Positions 19,012-32,227 of a stretch of 64,000 nt of DNA are shown here, piece after piece. Numbering within the stretch: the first letter of the stretch is position 1; every line of letters begins with the position of its first letter. Source of the DNA: Microbotryum violaceum (Eukaryota); the NCBI GenBank assembly GCA_001244265.2, contig CDLV01000007.1, forward strand, positions 124,001 to 188,000. Reading direction: 5' to 3'. Position numbers and translations under genes: made by a program. Below the pieces are notes generated by a model. That model worked only from the letters and a program-made list of their open reading frames with translations. It had not been told where the DNA came from and made no database searches.

Positions 19012-19321
19012 TTCTTCAAAACTATATAGGGTTGGGGTTCACACTTTTAGGGTCTCATTTTTGTGGTTCTGTGAATGTAGGGCTGCATAGATCCAGTGGC
19101 TCCGACTTTGCACAAGCCTGAACCCCTGTTCAAGAAGGATCAAAAGCCGGAGGCGACCTGGCACAAGGTGAGGAAGGTCACGGGCTATCAGGGGCGTCTA
19201 ATAGCATTTCGCCCACTTCCGGCGCCTTTCTGCGAGCAGTCACTTACTCGAGGCGCCTCGCGCTCGCTCTCGCCTCCACTCTTCCCCCCACACACTCTCG
19301 CTCATCGCCCACCCCTTCGCG

Positions 19322-21754
19322 ATGGCGACGACGACTCCCTCATCGGTCCCGACAGCGGTCAAAGTGCTCGTCACAGGTCCGCCGACCAAGCTCAGCAGCT
19401 ACTTTAGCAAGCTCGCGACGCTGCAAGCCAAGCACTCTTTCGACCTCGTGCTCGCTCTCGACCTCTTCTCCGGCCTCCCAGACGATGATCTCGAACTGGC
19501 GCAGTTGATGGCCGGCGTGATTGAGGTGCCCAAGGATGTGCAGCTGTATGCGATTAGTGGTGGGAGAGGAGCAGTGCCGAATAAGGTTAGGGAAGCCGTC
19601 AAGGGAGGCGGTCAGGTGACGGAGAGGTTGAGCTTTCTGGGTCAGTCGGCAGAGGTGGTCGGGCACGGTTGCGGGATTAGGTTCACTGATCGTGGTTGGA
19701 GCCGGCCAACAGGCAAGACGGGTGTGTTGACGCTGGCTTCGGGGCTGAGGCTCGCGACGTTCGCTGGATCGTACGAGCCGGAACTGTTCAAGGCGACCGA
19801 GCAGGACCCGGATGCAGACGTGCGTTGAGAAGGGTAACAAAGAATGGATAAGAGATCGTATCAATTACTGATATGACAACATTCATAGCTCGTCGATCCC
19901 TTGTCCGCGGCTCACTTCACCTCGACCGACCTCGAATCGTTTCGCTCGTTGCTCACCCCGGCACAACGACCCAACTCGTCCCTGCCTCCCAAACCGACCG
20001 CGCCCCCCGACATCCTCCTCACCACTTCCCTCCCCGCTTCCCTCCCTCTCCTCTCGGCCTTGGCTTTACCCGCGACGGCGAAGGGTCAACCTTTTTCGTC
20101 AGAGTTGGACGAGGTGGTGAGGATGTCCCGGCCGAGGTATCACTTTATTGGTGGGACCGGCATCTTTTGGGAACGAGAACCTTTTCAGTGGAATGATGGG
20201 AGTAGGCAGGTATGCAGGAGTATCTGCTTGGGAGAGATGGGTGCCAAGGGGAAGGAGAGGGTCAGCCAGCTTAGGGTTGGATTCTTTCATTTTGCATCCT
20301 GAACCGACGAGAACTGACACCGTTAGCCGTGACCTGTGCAGGCCTTTTACGCATTCTCGATCGTCCCAGGAGGACCACCACCGAACCCTCTTCCCACGAG
20401 TATGACCCCCTCACCGTATTCGATCGACTCGTCCAACTCGAAACGAGGCACCAAACGACCGGCCGGATCGCTCGATCAGAACAACGGCACCAACGAGTAC
20501 GGCGTGCCGAATTACATTTTTGGTGCTGGAGGCAAGAATGGGAACAATAAGAGGGGGAGGAATGGTGCCGACGGTGGGGAACGAAGACCGCCACCGTGAG
20601 TAGTGGGAAGCACTAAGCAAGGGGGGTTTTACGGCTGTAGCGATTTGGGAGCTCATCTACGAGCCACGTATACATCTCGCTACTCACAGGGAACATTACA
20701 CGTGCAACATTTGCGAACAAAAGGGTCATTGGATTCAGGACTGCCCTGAAAAGGTCGAACGGGACGCCCAACGGGCTGCCGCGAGGGCCGGTGCGGGAGG
20801 AGGCTCGAAGAAACCGATTCAGCGTGAGTGCCGTTGTTTGCTTCAGCTCGCTTTTGCGGCGATTTTTAAAAAATCTGATGGGGTTTCAAACTCACAGCGG
20901 ACGAGTGCTGGTTCTGTCTGTCCAACCCGAAAGTGACGAAGCACCTTATCGCTTCGATCGGGAGCGAGACGTACTTGACCCTTCCCAAGGGGCCACTGTG
21001 TCCGACGGGACCGAATGGCGAACCGAATGAGAAGAGTCCTGTTCCTGGCGGGGGACATGTGTTGATCATACCAGTCCGTACGACTAATCTTGACTTCCGA
21101 TTTAGCAATGAGCTCACCTCTTCACTCTGGTCTACCCTTCAGATCGCGCATTACCCGACTTTACTCTCGGTCCCCGCCGATCAAGCAGTTCCCATCGTCG
21201 CCGAGATCGAACGTTACAAGTCGGCGCTCAAGACATGTTATGCCGCGTTTGGAGCGAGCCCCGTCGCTTTCGAGGTCGGACGCTTAAGTGGCAAGGGTGG
21301 GCACGCGCATATTCAGGCGAGTAGGAGTCGATCAAGGTCTTATGGGCTTTGACTCGCGGCTGAGGACCTCTCACCTCTTCTCCCTTGGCTTTAGATTTGC
21401 CCGATCCCGAATGCGCTCGTCGACAAAGTCGAACAAGTCTTTATTGACCAAGGCCAAAAACAAAACGTCACTTTCAAAGAAGCCTCTTCCTCATCGCTCT
21501 CCTCCGAAGGTCTGAGAAAACTCGGCATTTCCGACAACTATTTCCGCGTCGATTTACCGAACGGTAAAACGCTCGTTCATTCGATCGAACAAGGCGCTAG
21601 GTTCGGTTTACAGTTTGGGAGGGAGGCTTTGGCGGTTTTGATGGAGTTACCCGAAAGGGCGGATTGGAAGGCTTGTTCCAAGAATGAACAAATGGAGAAG
21701 AAGGAATGTGTCGCTTTTAAAAAAGCTTTCAAGAACTTTGATCCGATGGAATGA
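19322..21754 (+). CDS. DRN1: CWF19-like protein 1 (metallophosphoesterase-like N-terminus, Zn knuckle, CwfJ C-terminus)
   Basis: KVLVTG..FDLVLAL; DILLT..RPRYHF..FWEREPF; CNICEQKGHWIQDC; CWFCLSNP..KHLIASIG..GGGHVLIIP..HAHIQ..QFGRE..RADWK; multiple GT-AG introns; TGA 21754. Confidence 0.9.
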
Positions 21755-22611
21755 GATTTGGGTTATAAAGACCTAATGTTCTACATGCACAAAGGCTCGG
21801 TGGCTGTTGATGAAGCTACAGTCGACCGTCGGAACGGAGGAGGACGTTCTCTAAAACAGTGTGTCGTCTTGAGGGTGAATAGCCCTCCTTTAAACAGCAA
21901 TTTCGAGGCGATACTATTCGATAGAGAAGAAAGTTCATCAGCTGACAGCAGCCAGAGTACGTTTCTTTGCTGCATTAAAGACGGTACGTTTACGTTTACT
22001 CTTTGCATCCCTCGTTCTTGTGCTGATATATCACAGGCAGACTTCGCGATCGGTAGCAAGAAGAAGGCGAGATTGTCTTTCCTTGTCTAGCCATCATGTC
22101 ATCAATGAAGAATTCCGCAACTCCCAACCCTGGACTCCGCGCACGGCGGCGCCCGTTTCCAATTTAGGCTTTGGCCGCCCCGGGAATAACCGGGGTCTCG
22201 GATTTCAAGTGAGCGGTTCAAGTCTACGCAGGGAAGTGGTTCATCGTTGCGACCTTTCTTGTTCAAACTGCGAGATGAGTAAGAGTGGGGCTGGGAATAG
22301 CCTGCCGACGAGTTTGATAGTCCCGAGCGAGGATCACGTCGAGGCTTGAAGTTCAAGGACTCAGGGGCCCGGAGTGCACGCCACCGCTCGCCGCCTAACT
22401 CGGAACTCGAGGCAAGGCACGGTTGGGCGCGAGGTCAAAATGGTCGCGATTGCCCACTTGGCGCTTGCGAGTAGGCGCGTTCGAGCGGGCGCGCACGCGA
22501 CGCGTCCAAGCCAAGGCCAGCCAGCGATGACTTGTGGCTGAGGACAGCGCTCCTTCTCCCTTCCCACACACCATCACTCTCACCCCTTCACCACACCCCC
22601 ATCCCGAAATC

Positions 22612-24897
22612 ATGTCTGACCTCACTGTTGGTGTCATCAGGTGAGTCACATCGATATTCGGTGGTGATCCTGATCGGGCCGTAAGCAGCGCGCTGACACA
22701 AGCGAAACTCGACGCGACTCCTTCGATCATGACCTTGTCATCTCCGCGTCCCCGACCGGAAATAGAGAACTGTACGAGGGACCTGAAGGTGCCAACACTA
22801 TGCCCTACGCGCCCGTCGTGCAGGTGCTCTCGATCAAGAAGATCGTCAGCCCCAATGGACCGGATCGTCATCGGTGAGCGCGACTTGGGCCAACGCAGTC
22901 ACTCGAGGGGTGGACGGGCGACTTGCCAGCCGTGGAGATGTCCGATACTCACTCGTCCAAAAACTATTCACAGCCTCATCTTGTCGGACGGTCAATGTTT
23001 TGCGCAATCCATGCTGGCGACGCAGCTGAACCATCTCGTCGACGGCGACGAGAACGCGCCTATCCGCAAGCATTCGGTCCTTCGTCTCGTCCAAGTAGCC
23101 TGCAACGCCGTGCAAGGTCGTCGTATCATCATTTGCCTCGACGTCGAAGCCGTTGCGCACCCGTCGACCAAGATCGGGACCCCAGAGGACGTGACCAAGT
23201 TTATCGAACACAACCCCGTCGCAGGTGGCGCGCCGGCCCAAGCCGCTGCTGTTGCCTCAACGACGACGAACGCGAGTGTCGGTGCTGGGAGGGGTGGATC
23301 GAATGCTAGTAGCACAACTGCGGCCAAGAACGTACCTGCTGCCAAACCCGCTGCCGGGGCGCGTCGAAACGGGTCCGAATCCGTCATCTACCCCATCGAG
23401 GGTCTCAGCCCGTACCAAAACAAGTGAGTCCCAGAGTACTTCGGGGTCTCATTTACATATAGTCGTTCTCTAAACGTCCTTTCTGATAGGTGGACGATCA
23501 AGGCTCGAGTCACGGTCAAATCGGATGTTCGCCATTGGAGCAATCAGCGAGGCGACGGAAAGCTTTTCAGCGTCAACTTGCTCGACGAGACGGTCAGTGC
23601 AACGCAGCTGGATTAGATCTGGTGAACACCAGTCTGATGATTCCATTACATTTGGTGCTCATTGCAGGGAGAGATCAAGGCCACTGGGTTCAACGAAGCC
23701 GTGGATAATTTGTACGACGTTTTCGAAGTCGGCAAGGTTTACTACGTCTCCAAAGCGCGAGTCAACATTGCCAAAAAGCAGTTCTCGAACCTGTCGAACG
23801 AGTACGAGATCGCGTTCGAACGTGATACGATCGTCGAGTTGTGCGAGGACCAGGATGCGGCTCCTCAGGTCAAGTACAATTTTGTCGAACTCGCTAGCCT
23901 GGGCGAGTGCCCCAAGGATTCCACCGTTGACGTGCTCGGTATCGTCAAGGACAATGGCGACCTGTCCGAGATTACCGCCAAGGCAACGAATAAGCAGATC
24001 AAGAAGCGAGAACTGACCATTGTCGATCGATCGGGCTACTCGGTGCGCGTCACGCTTTGGGGCCGAGCGGCCGAGACATGGAAGGATACCGACAACGGTG
24101 TATTTGCGTTCAAGGGTGCCAAAGTTGGAGACTTTGGTGGTCGAACATTGAGCATGGGTGGGCAGTCGACGATCGCCGAGGATCCCGATGTCGAGGCGGC
24201 GCACGCTCTGCGAGGCTGGTACGACACCGAGGGACATTTGAACGAGTTTACGTCTTACAACTCGTCGATGGCGACGTCGGGTGCGGTGACGTTCAAGAAG
24301 GACGAGTTCAAGACACTCGACGAGGTCATCAACTCGGGCATTGGGATGCAGTCGGAGAAGCCCGAGTACTTTGCGACGCGCGCGACCATCACCTTCATCA
24401 AGACCGATAACCTCTCATACCCGGCTTGCCCGACCGAGAAGTGCAACAAGAAGATGACGATGGAGGACGAGTCACAATGGAGGTGCGAGAAGTGCAACAG
24501 GACGTACGAGAAACCCGAGTACCGGTGAGTCTCGTGCGCTCCTCGTCCAACCGAGCAGTTGACTGATGAGAATTTGTGAACTTGCAGCTACATCGTCTCG
24601 ATTGCGGTCAACGACTTCACGAACCAGATCTGGCTCTCTGGTTTCAACGAGATGGGCTTGCAGCTCTTTGGCCGAACGGCGAACGAGATGCAGCAACTCA
24701 GGGAGGAGAACGAGGACGAATTCTCGATCGTGATCAACAAAGCGCTCGGGACTATGTACAACTTCTCCGTCAAAGCCAAGGCCGACTCGTTCAATGATCA
24801 GGTCAAGGTCAGGTACCAGTTGCAAAAAGCGGCACCGGTCAACTGGGTAGAGGACGCCAAGGTCCTCGCCGAGCAGATCCAGGCCATGTCCGTGTAA
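22612..24897 (+). CDS. RFA1: Replication protein A 70-kDa subunit
   Basis: [68 protein letters not shown]; Zn ribbon [18 protein letters not shown]; introns; TAA 24897. Confidence 0.97.
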
Positions 24898-25059
24898 ATC
24901 ATACTTCGCTTAGCTTCGTCTTTTCTTTGGGTTTGGCATTCAGGGGATCTTGTGCTAGACTCTTTTCGTTTCTCGTTGCTGGTACTCTCTCGGAACCTGT
25001 AAAAAATAACTCATACATTTCTTATTGAAGGATTCGAGCATTTTCTATCACCGATGAGA

Positions 25060-26967
25060 TCAGACCATCTCGACCTCATTTATCGATGATCCCGAGGCAG
25101 AGCCAAGCGTCTCTTTCCGATCTTCCTGCGGCATCGTCGTCGCCGACATCTTCTCCGAACGCCTTTCGTCCAAAAAGTTGGCATTCGAAACCATGACGCT
25201 AGTCGATACGTCGATACTAACACCCATCAAAGATTTCTGAATATACGACGTCATAACACTCGTCGTTCTCGTCGTCGTCGTTGTCGTCGTCGTAGGTGGG
25301 AGAGGTAAGTAAAGGGGCGAAACGACGCAACCAGTTCGTCAGCGCATTCGAGCCCTCGAGTGATCGGAACAGTATGAGGATTGCGACGAGGAAGGAAAGG
25401 ATGGAATTGATCCAAGCGCCGATCAGAGCTATGGCTTGCACCTCGCCTGAATTATGGACGAGGGAGATATGAATGGAGGCGGTACGGTAGGCTAAGACGG
25501 TGTTGGAGACGAGCATGACGGAGATCAAGGTGGAAACGAGGAGGCGGTTCGTGGTGGCCCATTCGACGAGGGAGGCTTGGGCGCTGTGGAGGGACAGGGT
25601 AGAAGCGCGTCAGCTTGCGAGTAGTAAAGAAGGGCAGGACAAATCAATTTGTGTCCACATGAGGTGATTCCTCAGATCAACATCGGCTGTCGCGGGAACC
25701 GTGGATGACGCTTGACTGTCGTCTTCCAGCTTTGTCGGTGAGAGAGGGGCCACAGGGAGGCCGACTCTCTGACGGAGGTCCCGCGCTTGTTTCCGCAGAT
25801 GGGTGATTTCGATGACGGCGGCTGCGATGTAGAGCTGTATGGGGCGAAGTTCGATATCATCGTAAGCTACTGCGAATGAGGAGTGAAGTAGCAGCTAAGA
25901 AGAAGAAAGAAGTGAACGAACCACCGATGTTATGCACAACACGGATCCTACATAGCCGTTGGCGATTGTTTCCCAATGCGTGAGACTTCGATTACTAGCG
26001 ATGAGTGGAATGAGGGACTGAAGACTTTCTTCGAGGTTGGAGAGGAGCAACGGTTGACCGGGTACCCAAGTCGACGAGAGCTTGCTGAGCGAAGTGGTGG
26101 TCACGTTTGCATTGATGAAAACGGTATCCATACGATGCTTGAGTATTGTGAGCAAAGCGAAGGAGGGAATGAGGGTGATTAGAGCAAACATTAAAGGGAG
26201 TGACTGGTATAAAATTAAAGTGACGAGAGAATCGTCGTGATGCGAGCCAAATTTCCGGATGTAGGAACTTCCAAATGTGGCCCACACTTCCATCACCTGA
26301 CCGACAGAGAGGGTGAGGGGTAGAGCACATTGGAAAGCAATGTACCATGAAGGATATACGGATCCGGAAGCGATCTTGCGTGTTGTGATTAGCGCGAGGA
26401 TGCTGACTGGCGAGAAGAGATTTCGATAAGGAGGAGAGAAGTGACCTCAGCCCCTTCTACTTGCACTCGTCCGGAAGAAACAATAACACACGTGAGTATT
26501 TGTAGGCTTACAGCAATGGTAGATTAAAGCCCAAAAGCTGTTGTGAACCGAAATATTGGGCATCGTGATTCTACAGTCGATTCGGCGAAATAGCCAAAAG
26601 CGCCCTTGCCGCAGGCGAAGCACGATGCCGAACAGAGTGAGCACGACCGAAACGGAAAACAGCCCAACGAGTGTCCATAGCTGCGTCATGAAAGCCGGGC
26701 CTTTTTTCGGGTAAATCGCTTCGCGAATGGCTCCAGTGGCGATTTGGTAAGGCTCCCTGCCCTCAAGAATCGCTTGGACGATGGGTGTGCCGTCTGCTCT
26801 GGCCGAGGCCCAAGCGCAATGTGCCAACGCCTCGGTCCGGTAAACCAGCCGCAGCCTGTTCCCCTCTTCTGCTCCTAAGGATACTCACATCTTTGCAGCC
26901 ACTCTTGCGAGCCCTCTGGCCCCATCGTCTGGTTGAGCAGCTTTACAAACACCGGTATCGAATCCAT
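25060..26967 (-). CDS. Orphan 7-TM membrane protein, paralog A (apparent +1 frameshift in the C-tail near 25310)
   Basis: 5 exons from MDSIPVFVKLLNQT to ..SSINEVEMV*; seven hydrophobic segments; homologous to copies B-D. Confidence 0.8.
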
Positions 26968-28935
26968 TGCTGCGACGTGGAAAAGTCGCGGAGGCAAAGC
27001 ACTGTAAAGGGGTTACTTCAAGGATAGGTGGCCGGCTGGGCGGCTCTGGGCAATCGGCACGAGCTAGCCGCTCGGACAGGGGGATCGCGTGAAGCGACTG
27101 CGAGGTGGGAGGTGTGATGTTTCTGCTGAGGTGGAAGGAGAGAGAAGAAGAACGAAAAGAGAGGAAAGCTCAAAGTTGGGGCATAGATTAAAAGTGGTAG
27201 ATCAAGGAATATACATTACGGCATACGAGGGGCAAGGCCCGACCAAAGCCAACGAAGACCGCTGCGCCATGGCGACTTTCAATTCAGCGTGAGCCTGGGC
27301 CTCGTAGGGCATGTCAACACCACATCGCAAGTCGGGCAATGATCCCCACGGGTATCCTTTCGAAATTCCGGTTAGAACTCGCTGCAGGTTGTATTGCCAC
27401 GACTGACTCTACAGAAACGGGATTTCCCGAAGCACATCACATGCAGGTCGTGTGTCACCACGTCGGCGTTTGTGGGCATTCACAACCCGCCAGCTCGGCG
27501 CATTGCGCCTCACCATCATCTCGGTCGCAATATCCTAGAGAGGCGAAAACACTCAGCTCAATTTCTTTGATTTTTCCAGACCATATCGACGTGATCTCAG
27601 CAGCCTCAGGTCCTGACCGCTTGGAGGAGGCACACGGACCTCCCGGTGCAAGGTTCGAGTGCCGCCGAGGTGACAGCACCGGAGGCCCCCGCGCCATTGG
27701 CCATGGCTCCGCTGCCAAAACCGGCTCAGGCACCTTGGTGTTGAGGTGAGTTGTAGCTTCAGCTTCGAGTACTAGGAGGATCTCATGCGGAGGTGGGGTC
27801 TAACTTCGAGTACTACGAGTAGCATCCGATTGGCTCACTTATTGCACGATAAAAATACGTAGTGTTATAAGTTATAACATGAATCAACTGAGCCGCCGCG
27901 TCGAAGAGAGTTACCGTGGCGTGCCAAGTGCGAAAGGTGAAGTAATCGTTCAGGCTTAAAGGCCGACTTGCTCGACATTCGTCTGGTGCCCGAAGATGGG
28001 GAGTAGATGGTACTCGATTGTGCTCACGCTTTCGCTGCCAGGGCACGTGCGATCAAACGGGGCTGGTTTCCACCCCGTTTTCTCTGTCGGTTCGGCGCTC
28101 ACCCAGTGCCGTTTCAGGTGGCGCTCCAGATCCTCTTCGCCGAAAAAGCTCGCTTCGGGATAATTTGGGGCACACCTTGCTTTGTCGTCGTCGAAATGGG
28201 TAGGAAATGAAATTCTCCCGGCCTGAAGTCGAAGAATGAGTAGCCTTCCGATGCAAGCCAAGTTCTGTGCATTGAACATGGGTGGTGCTGCTTCCTCACT
28301 GCAGTCCTTCTCGAGAGGCGAACGCACTTGCTCGTCAGCGATCTGTGCTCGATGGGCGTCGGCCTAGCTTTGCTCATGAACCACCACAAGGACTACCGCA
28401 TCGAGGCACCCTCAAAGGAGACTAAGGCCAGACTTTGCGAGCACCCTCAAGCACTCCCACCTTTGCTCCCAAATACAACTGGGCAACTATTCATCACCGT
28501 CCCTTCGAACCCGCGGCTCCGTCCCGAGCGGCTTCGTCAACGCACTAGACGCAACTGTAGTGTTTCGACTGTAATGTTTCGTAGCTGTCTAGACCGAGCG
28601 GTGACATGCTTCATCACTTGAACATGCTCTCCTACGCGACCTATTCCGCCATTCTGCGCGCAGATCACCTGCGACGCGCGATCCCTACCTGAATCTGGAA
28701 TGATCGCATTCCGAATCGAGCTAGAGATCAAAGCAAAGGCTACTTGGCCCGTGAGGAAGCCATCGTAAAATCGCCTCTCCTCTTGCCACCGGCCAAGAAA
28801 ATTCGGCTCGACGACGCCGACCGAATCGAACCGTGACCCCACTGCCCTCCGAGATGAAACATTTTTGTTTGGCCGTTCAACGCATTTTATCAAGTCGAGC
28901 ATCCTCCGTTGCGAGTTCTCGAATCCTCCCCTATA

Positions 28936-30051
28936 TCAACGATCAGTTCGAACCATTTATGCGCATCACCGAAAAGGAAAGCTGATCTTAGTCGATGTGA
29001 CGCCCAGCTCCGATCCAAAGAACAGTTAGGCTACATCGTTTCCTCCTCCACCTGGTCGCTCTACTCCCTCACCGCCTTCCGCATCATAGTCCAATCCGAG
29101 CATGCACCCGAATACCTCGAATCACGAATCAAAGCTCTGTGGTCCTCGTTCGAAGACGTTTTGAGTGAAATGACGGAAGAGGCGTTCGGGAAGCAGAAGC
29201 AAAGCTTGATGGATAAGAAGAGGGAGAAGGTCAAGAACTCGTGTGGGGAGAGCCTAGCGCGAGGTATTGGGATGAAATTCAGGAAGGCACTCTGGATTTC
29301 GAAAGACGTGGGTCCACTTGGTGGAAAGGGTTTTGTCTTGCAGGATGAGGGATTGACCTCTCCTAGTCCGGTTCGAACGGCTTCGCAGGTGAACGACAGG
29401 CTCTACTCGTGTCGACGTTGACACGCGCGGATCTCGTCAACTTCTTCAATACCTACATACGCCCCGGAGCTCCGAAACTGTCCAAGCTGTCGATACTGAT
29501 GAGGTCGCGGAGACTCCAATCCGATGCGCTGAAAGCGCTTGAGGAGGTCTTACCCGGCGGAAACGAGAAGGTCAAGGCGTTGCTCGAGTCGAAGCCGACA
29601 TTGGGACAACTCGAAGCGGGGATTCAGGCGCTTTATCCCGAAGGTCAGGGAATTCCTCAGAGGATCAAAGAGGAATTGGAGAAGGTGGTTCGACTTCCTG
29701 AGTTGGAAGGAGAAGGGGTGAAGGAATTATTCGAGGAAGAGATCGATGAGTGGAAGAGGGGGTTGGAGAAGGCTGAGAGACTGGGGGCGAGGGAGGATCA
29801 CCGTTTTGATTTGGAGGTGACGAGTAAGCTCTAGAGAAGTGCGCTCTTTCAAAAGCTGTGAATACGCAATAGAAGTATGATGTAGATATATACTGTTGCA
29901 AATTCCAGGTTGGCGCGTTTCAGTTTGATACGGAAACGAGTCTGGACGCCGGACGACCCGAAGGAGTCGGCGGATGAGTCGGCGGAGTGAGGAGGGCCTC
30001 AATTGTTAAGGAAAGGTCGTTGTGGTGAGTTTGGAGGAGGGTAGTGGCGGA
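28936..30051 (+). pseudogene. 5'-truncated insulysin 3' fragment plus antisense HYPK 3' end (duplicated segment)
   Basis: Matches ~51068-52196; encodes QLRSKEQLGYIV..DLEVTSKL*; first donor GT changed to AT; no upstream exons. Confidence 0.9.
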
Positions 30052-30155
30052 ATGATCAGGTTAAGGTCAGGTACCAGTTGCAAAACGCGGCACCGGTCAA
30101 TTGGGTTGAGGACGCCAAGGTCCTCGCCGAGTAGATCCAAGCCCTGTCCGCGTAG
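30051..30155 (+). pseudogene. RFA1 3'-terminal fragment
   Basis: aatgatcagg..gaggacgccaaggtcctcgccgag matches 24793-24897; premature TAG. Confidence 0.9.
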
Positions 30156-30322
30156 ACCATAATTCGCTTCGCTTCGTCTTTTCTTTGGGTTTGGCATTCA
30201 GGGGAGCTTGTGCTAGACTTCTATCGTTTCTCGTTGCTGGTGCTTTCTCGGAACTTGTAATTTATAAAGCGTTCAACTTCATACATATTGAAGGATCCAA
30301 GCATTTCCTAATACCGATTGAA

Positions 30323-32227
30323 TCAGACCATCTCGACCTCATCCATCGATGATCCCGAGGCAGAGCCAAGCGTCGCTTTCCGATCTTCCGCCGGCATCAA
30401 GTTCTCCGATTGGCTTTCGTCCGACTTGGCATTCGAAACCATAACGCTAGTCGATACGGCGATACTAACACCCTTCACAGGTTTCTGAATATACGACGTC
30501 ATGACATTCGTCGTTCTCGTCGTCGTCGTTGTCGTCGTCGTAGGTGGGATAGGTAAGTAAGGCGCGACACGACGCAACCATTTCGTTAGAGCATTCGAGC
30601 CCTCGAGTGATCGGAAAAGGATCAGGGTCGCGACGAGGAAGGAAACGACGGAATTGATCCAGGCGGCGATCAGAGCTATGGCTTGCACGTCGCCTGTGTT
30701 AAGGATGAGGGATACGGAAGTAAAAGCGATACGGAAGGATAAGAAGGTGTTGGAGAGGAGCATGACGGAGATCAAAGTGGACACGAAGAGGCGGTTCTTG
30801 GCGGCCCATTCGACGAGGGAGGCTTGGGCGCTGTGGAGGGACAGCAGGGTAGAAGCGCGTCAGCTTGCGAGTAGTCAAAGAGTAGGACCAATCGAATTGT
30901 ATTCACATGAGGTGATCCCTCAGAGCAACATCGGCTGTCGGGCCGGAGACACGGGGTGGATCCGTGGGCGACGCTTGACTGTCGTCTTCCAGCTTTCTTG
31001 GTGAGAAGGGGACGACAGGGAGGCCGACTCTCTGACGGAGGTTCCGCGATTGATGCCGCAGATGGGTGATTTCGACGACGGCGGCTAAGATGTAGAGCTG
31101 TATGGGACAAGAGTATAGACCATCCTAAGCTACTGCGAATGAGGGGTGAAACAGCAGCCAAGAGGAAGAGGAAGTGAACGAACCACCGATGTGATGCCCA
31201 GCACGCATCCTATATAGCTGTTGGCGATTTTATACCACTGAGAGAGGCTTCGCATGCTAGCGACGAGTGGAATGAGGGACTGAAGACTTTGTTCGAGGTT
31301 GGAGACGAGCACCGGTTGACCGGGTACCCAAGTCGACGAGAAGTTGCCGAGCGAAGTGCTGATCGCATCTGCATTGATGTAGACGGCATTCAAATAACGC
31401 TCGAGCATTGCGAGCAAAGCGAAGGAGGGAACGAGCGCGATCAGAGCGAACATGAAAGGGAGTGACTGGTATAAAATTGTTGTGATGAGAGGATCGTCGT
31501 GATGCGAGCCAAATTTGCGGATGTAGGAACTTCCTAATGTGGCCCACACTTCCGTTACCTGACCGGCAAAGAGGGCGAGGGGTAGAGCACATTGGAAACT
31601 GATGTACCATGAAGGATATGAGGATCCGGAAACGATCTTGCTTGTTATGACTAGCTCGACGATGCTCACTGCCGAGAAGAGAATTTGATGAGGACAGAAG
31701 TAACTTAGCCCCGTCCACTTGCACTCGTTCGGAGAAAAAAACAGACAGCATGACAATATTTGTAGACTCACAGCAATGGTAGACGAAAGCCCAAAAGCTG
31801 TTATGGATCGAAATGTTGGGCATCGTGATTCTACAGTCGATTCGACGAAACAGCCAAAAGCGCCCTTGCCGCAGGCGAAGCACGATGCCGAGCAGAGTGA
31901 GCACGACCGAAACGGAAAACAGCCCAACGAGTGTCCATAGCTGCCTCATGAAGGCCGGGCCTTCTTTCGGGTAAATCGCGTTGCGAATGGCTTCAATAGC
32001 GATCCGGTAGGGCTCCCTGCCCTCAAGAATCGCTTGGACGATGGGTGTGCCGTCTGCTCTGGCCGAGGCCCAAGCGCAATGTGTCAACGCCTCGGTCCGG
32101 TAAACCAGCCGCAGCCCGTGCCCCTCTTCTGCTCCTAAGGATACTCACATCTTTGTATCCACTTTTGCGAGTCCTCTGGCCCCATCGTCTGGTTGAGCAG
32201 CTCGAAGATACCTTGTACCGAATCCAT
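30323..32227 (-). CDS. Orphan 7-TM membrane protein, paralog B (appears intact)
   Basis: MDSVQGIFELLNQT..SSMDEVEMV*; four GT-AG introns join in frame by manual splicing. Confidence 0.85.

Noticed and set aside
22612-24897. RPA70 as Helitron cargo, as in plant Helitrons
   Set aside because: It is a full canonical intron-containing RFA1 lying outside the Helitron termini; its fragments follow the tandem-duplication junction.
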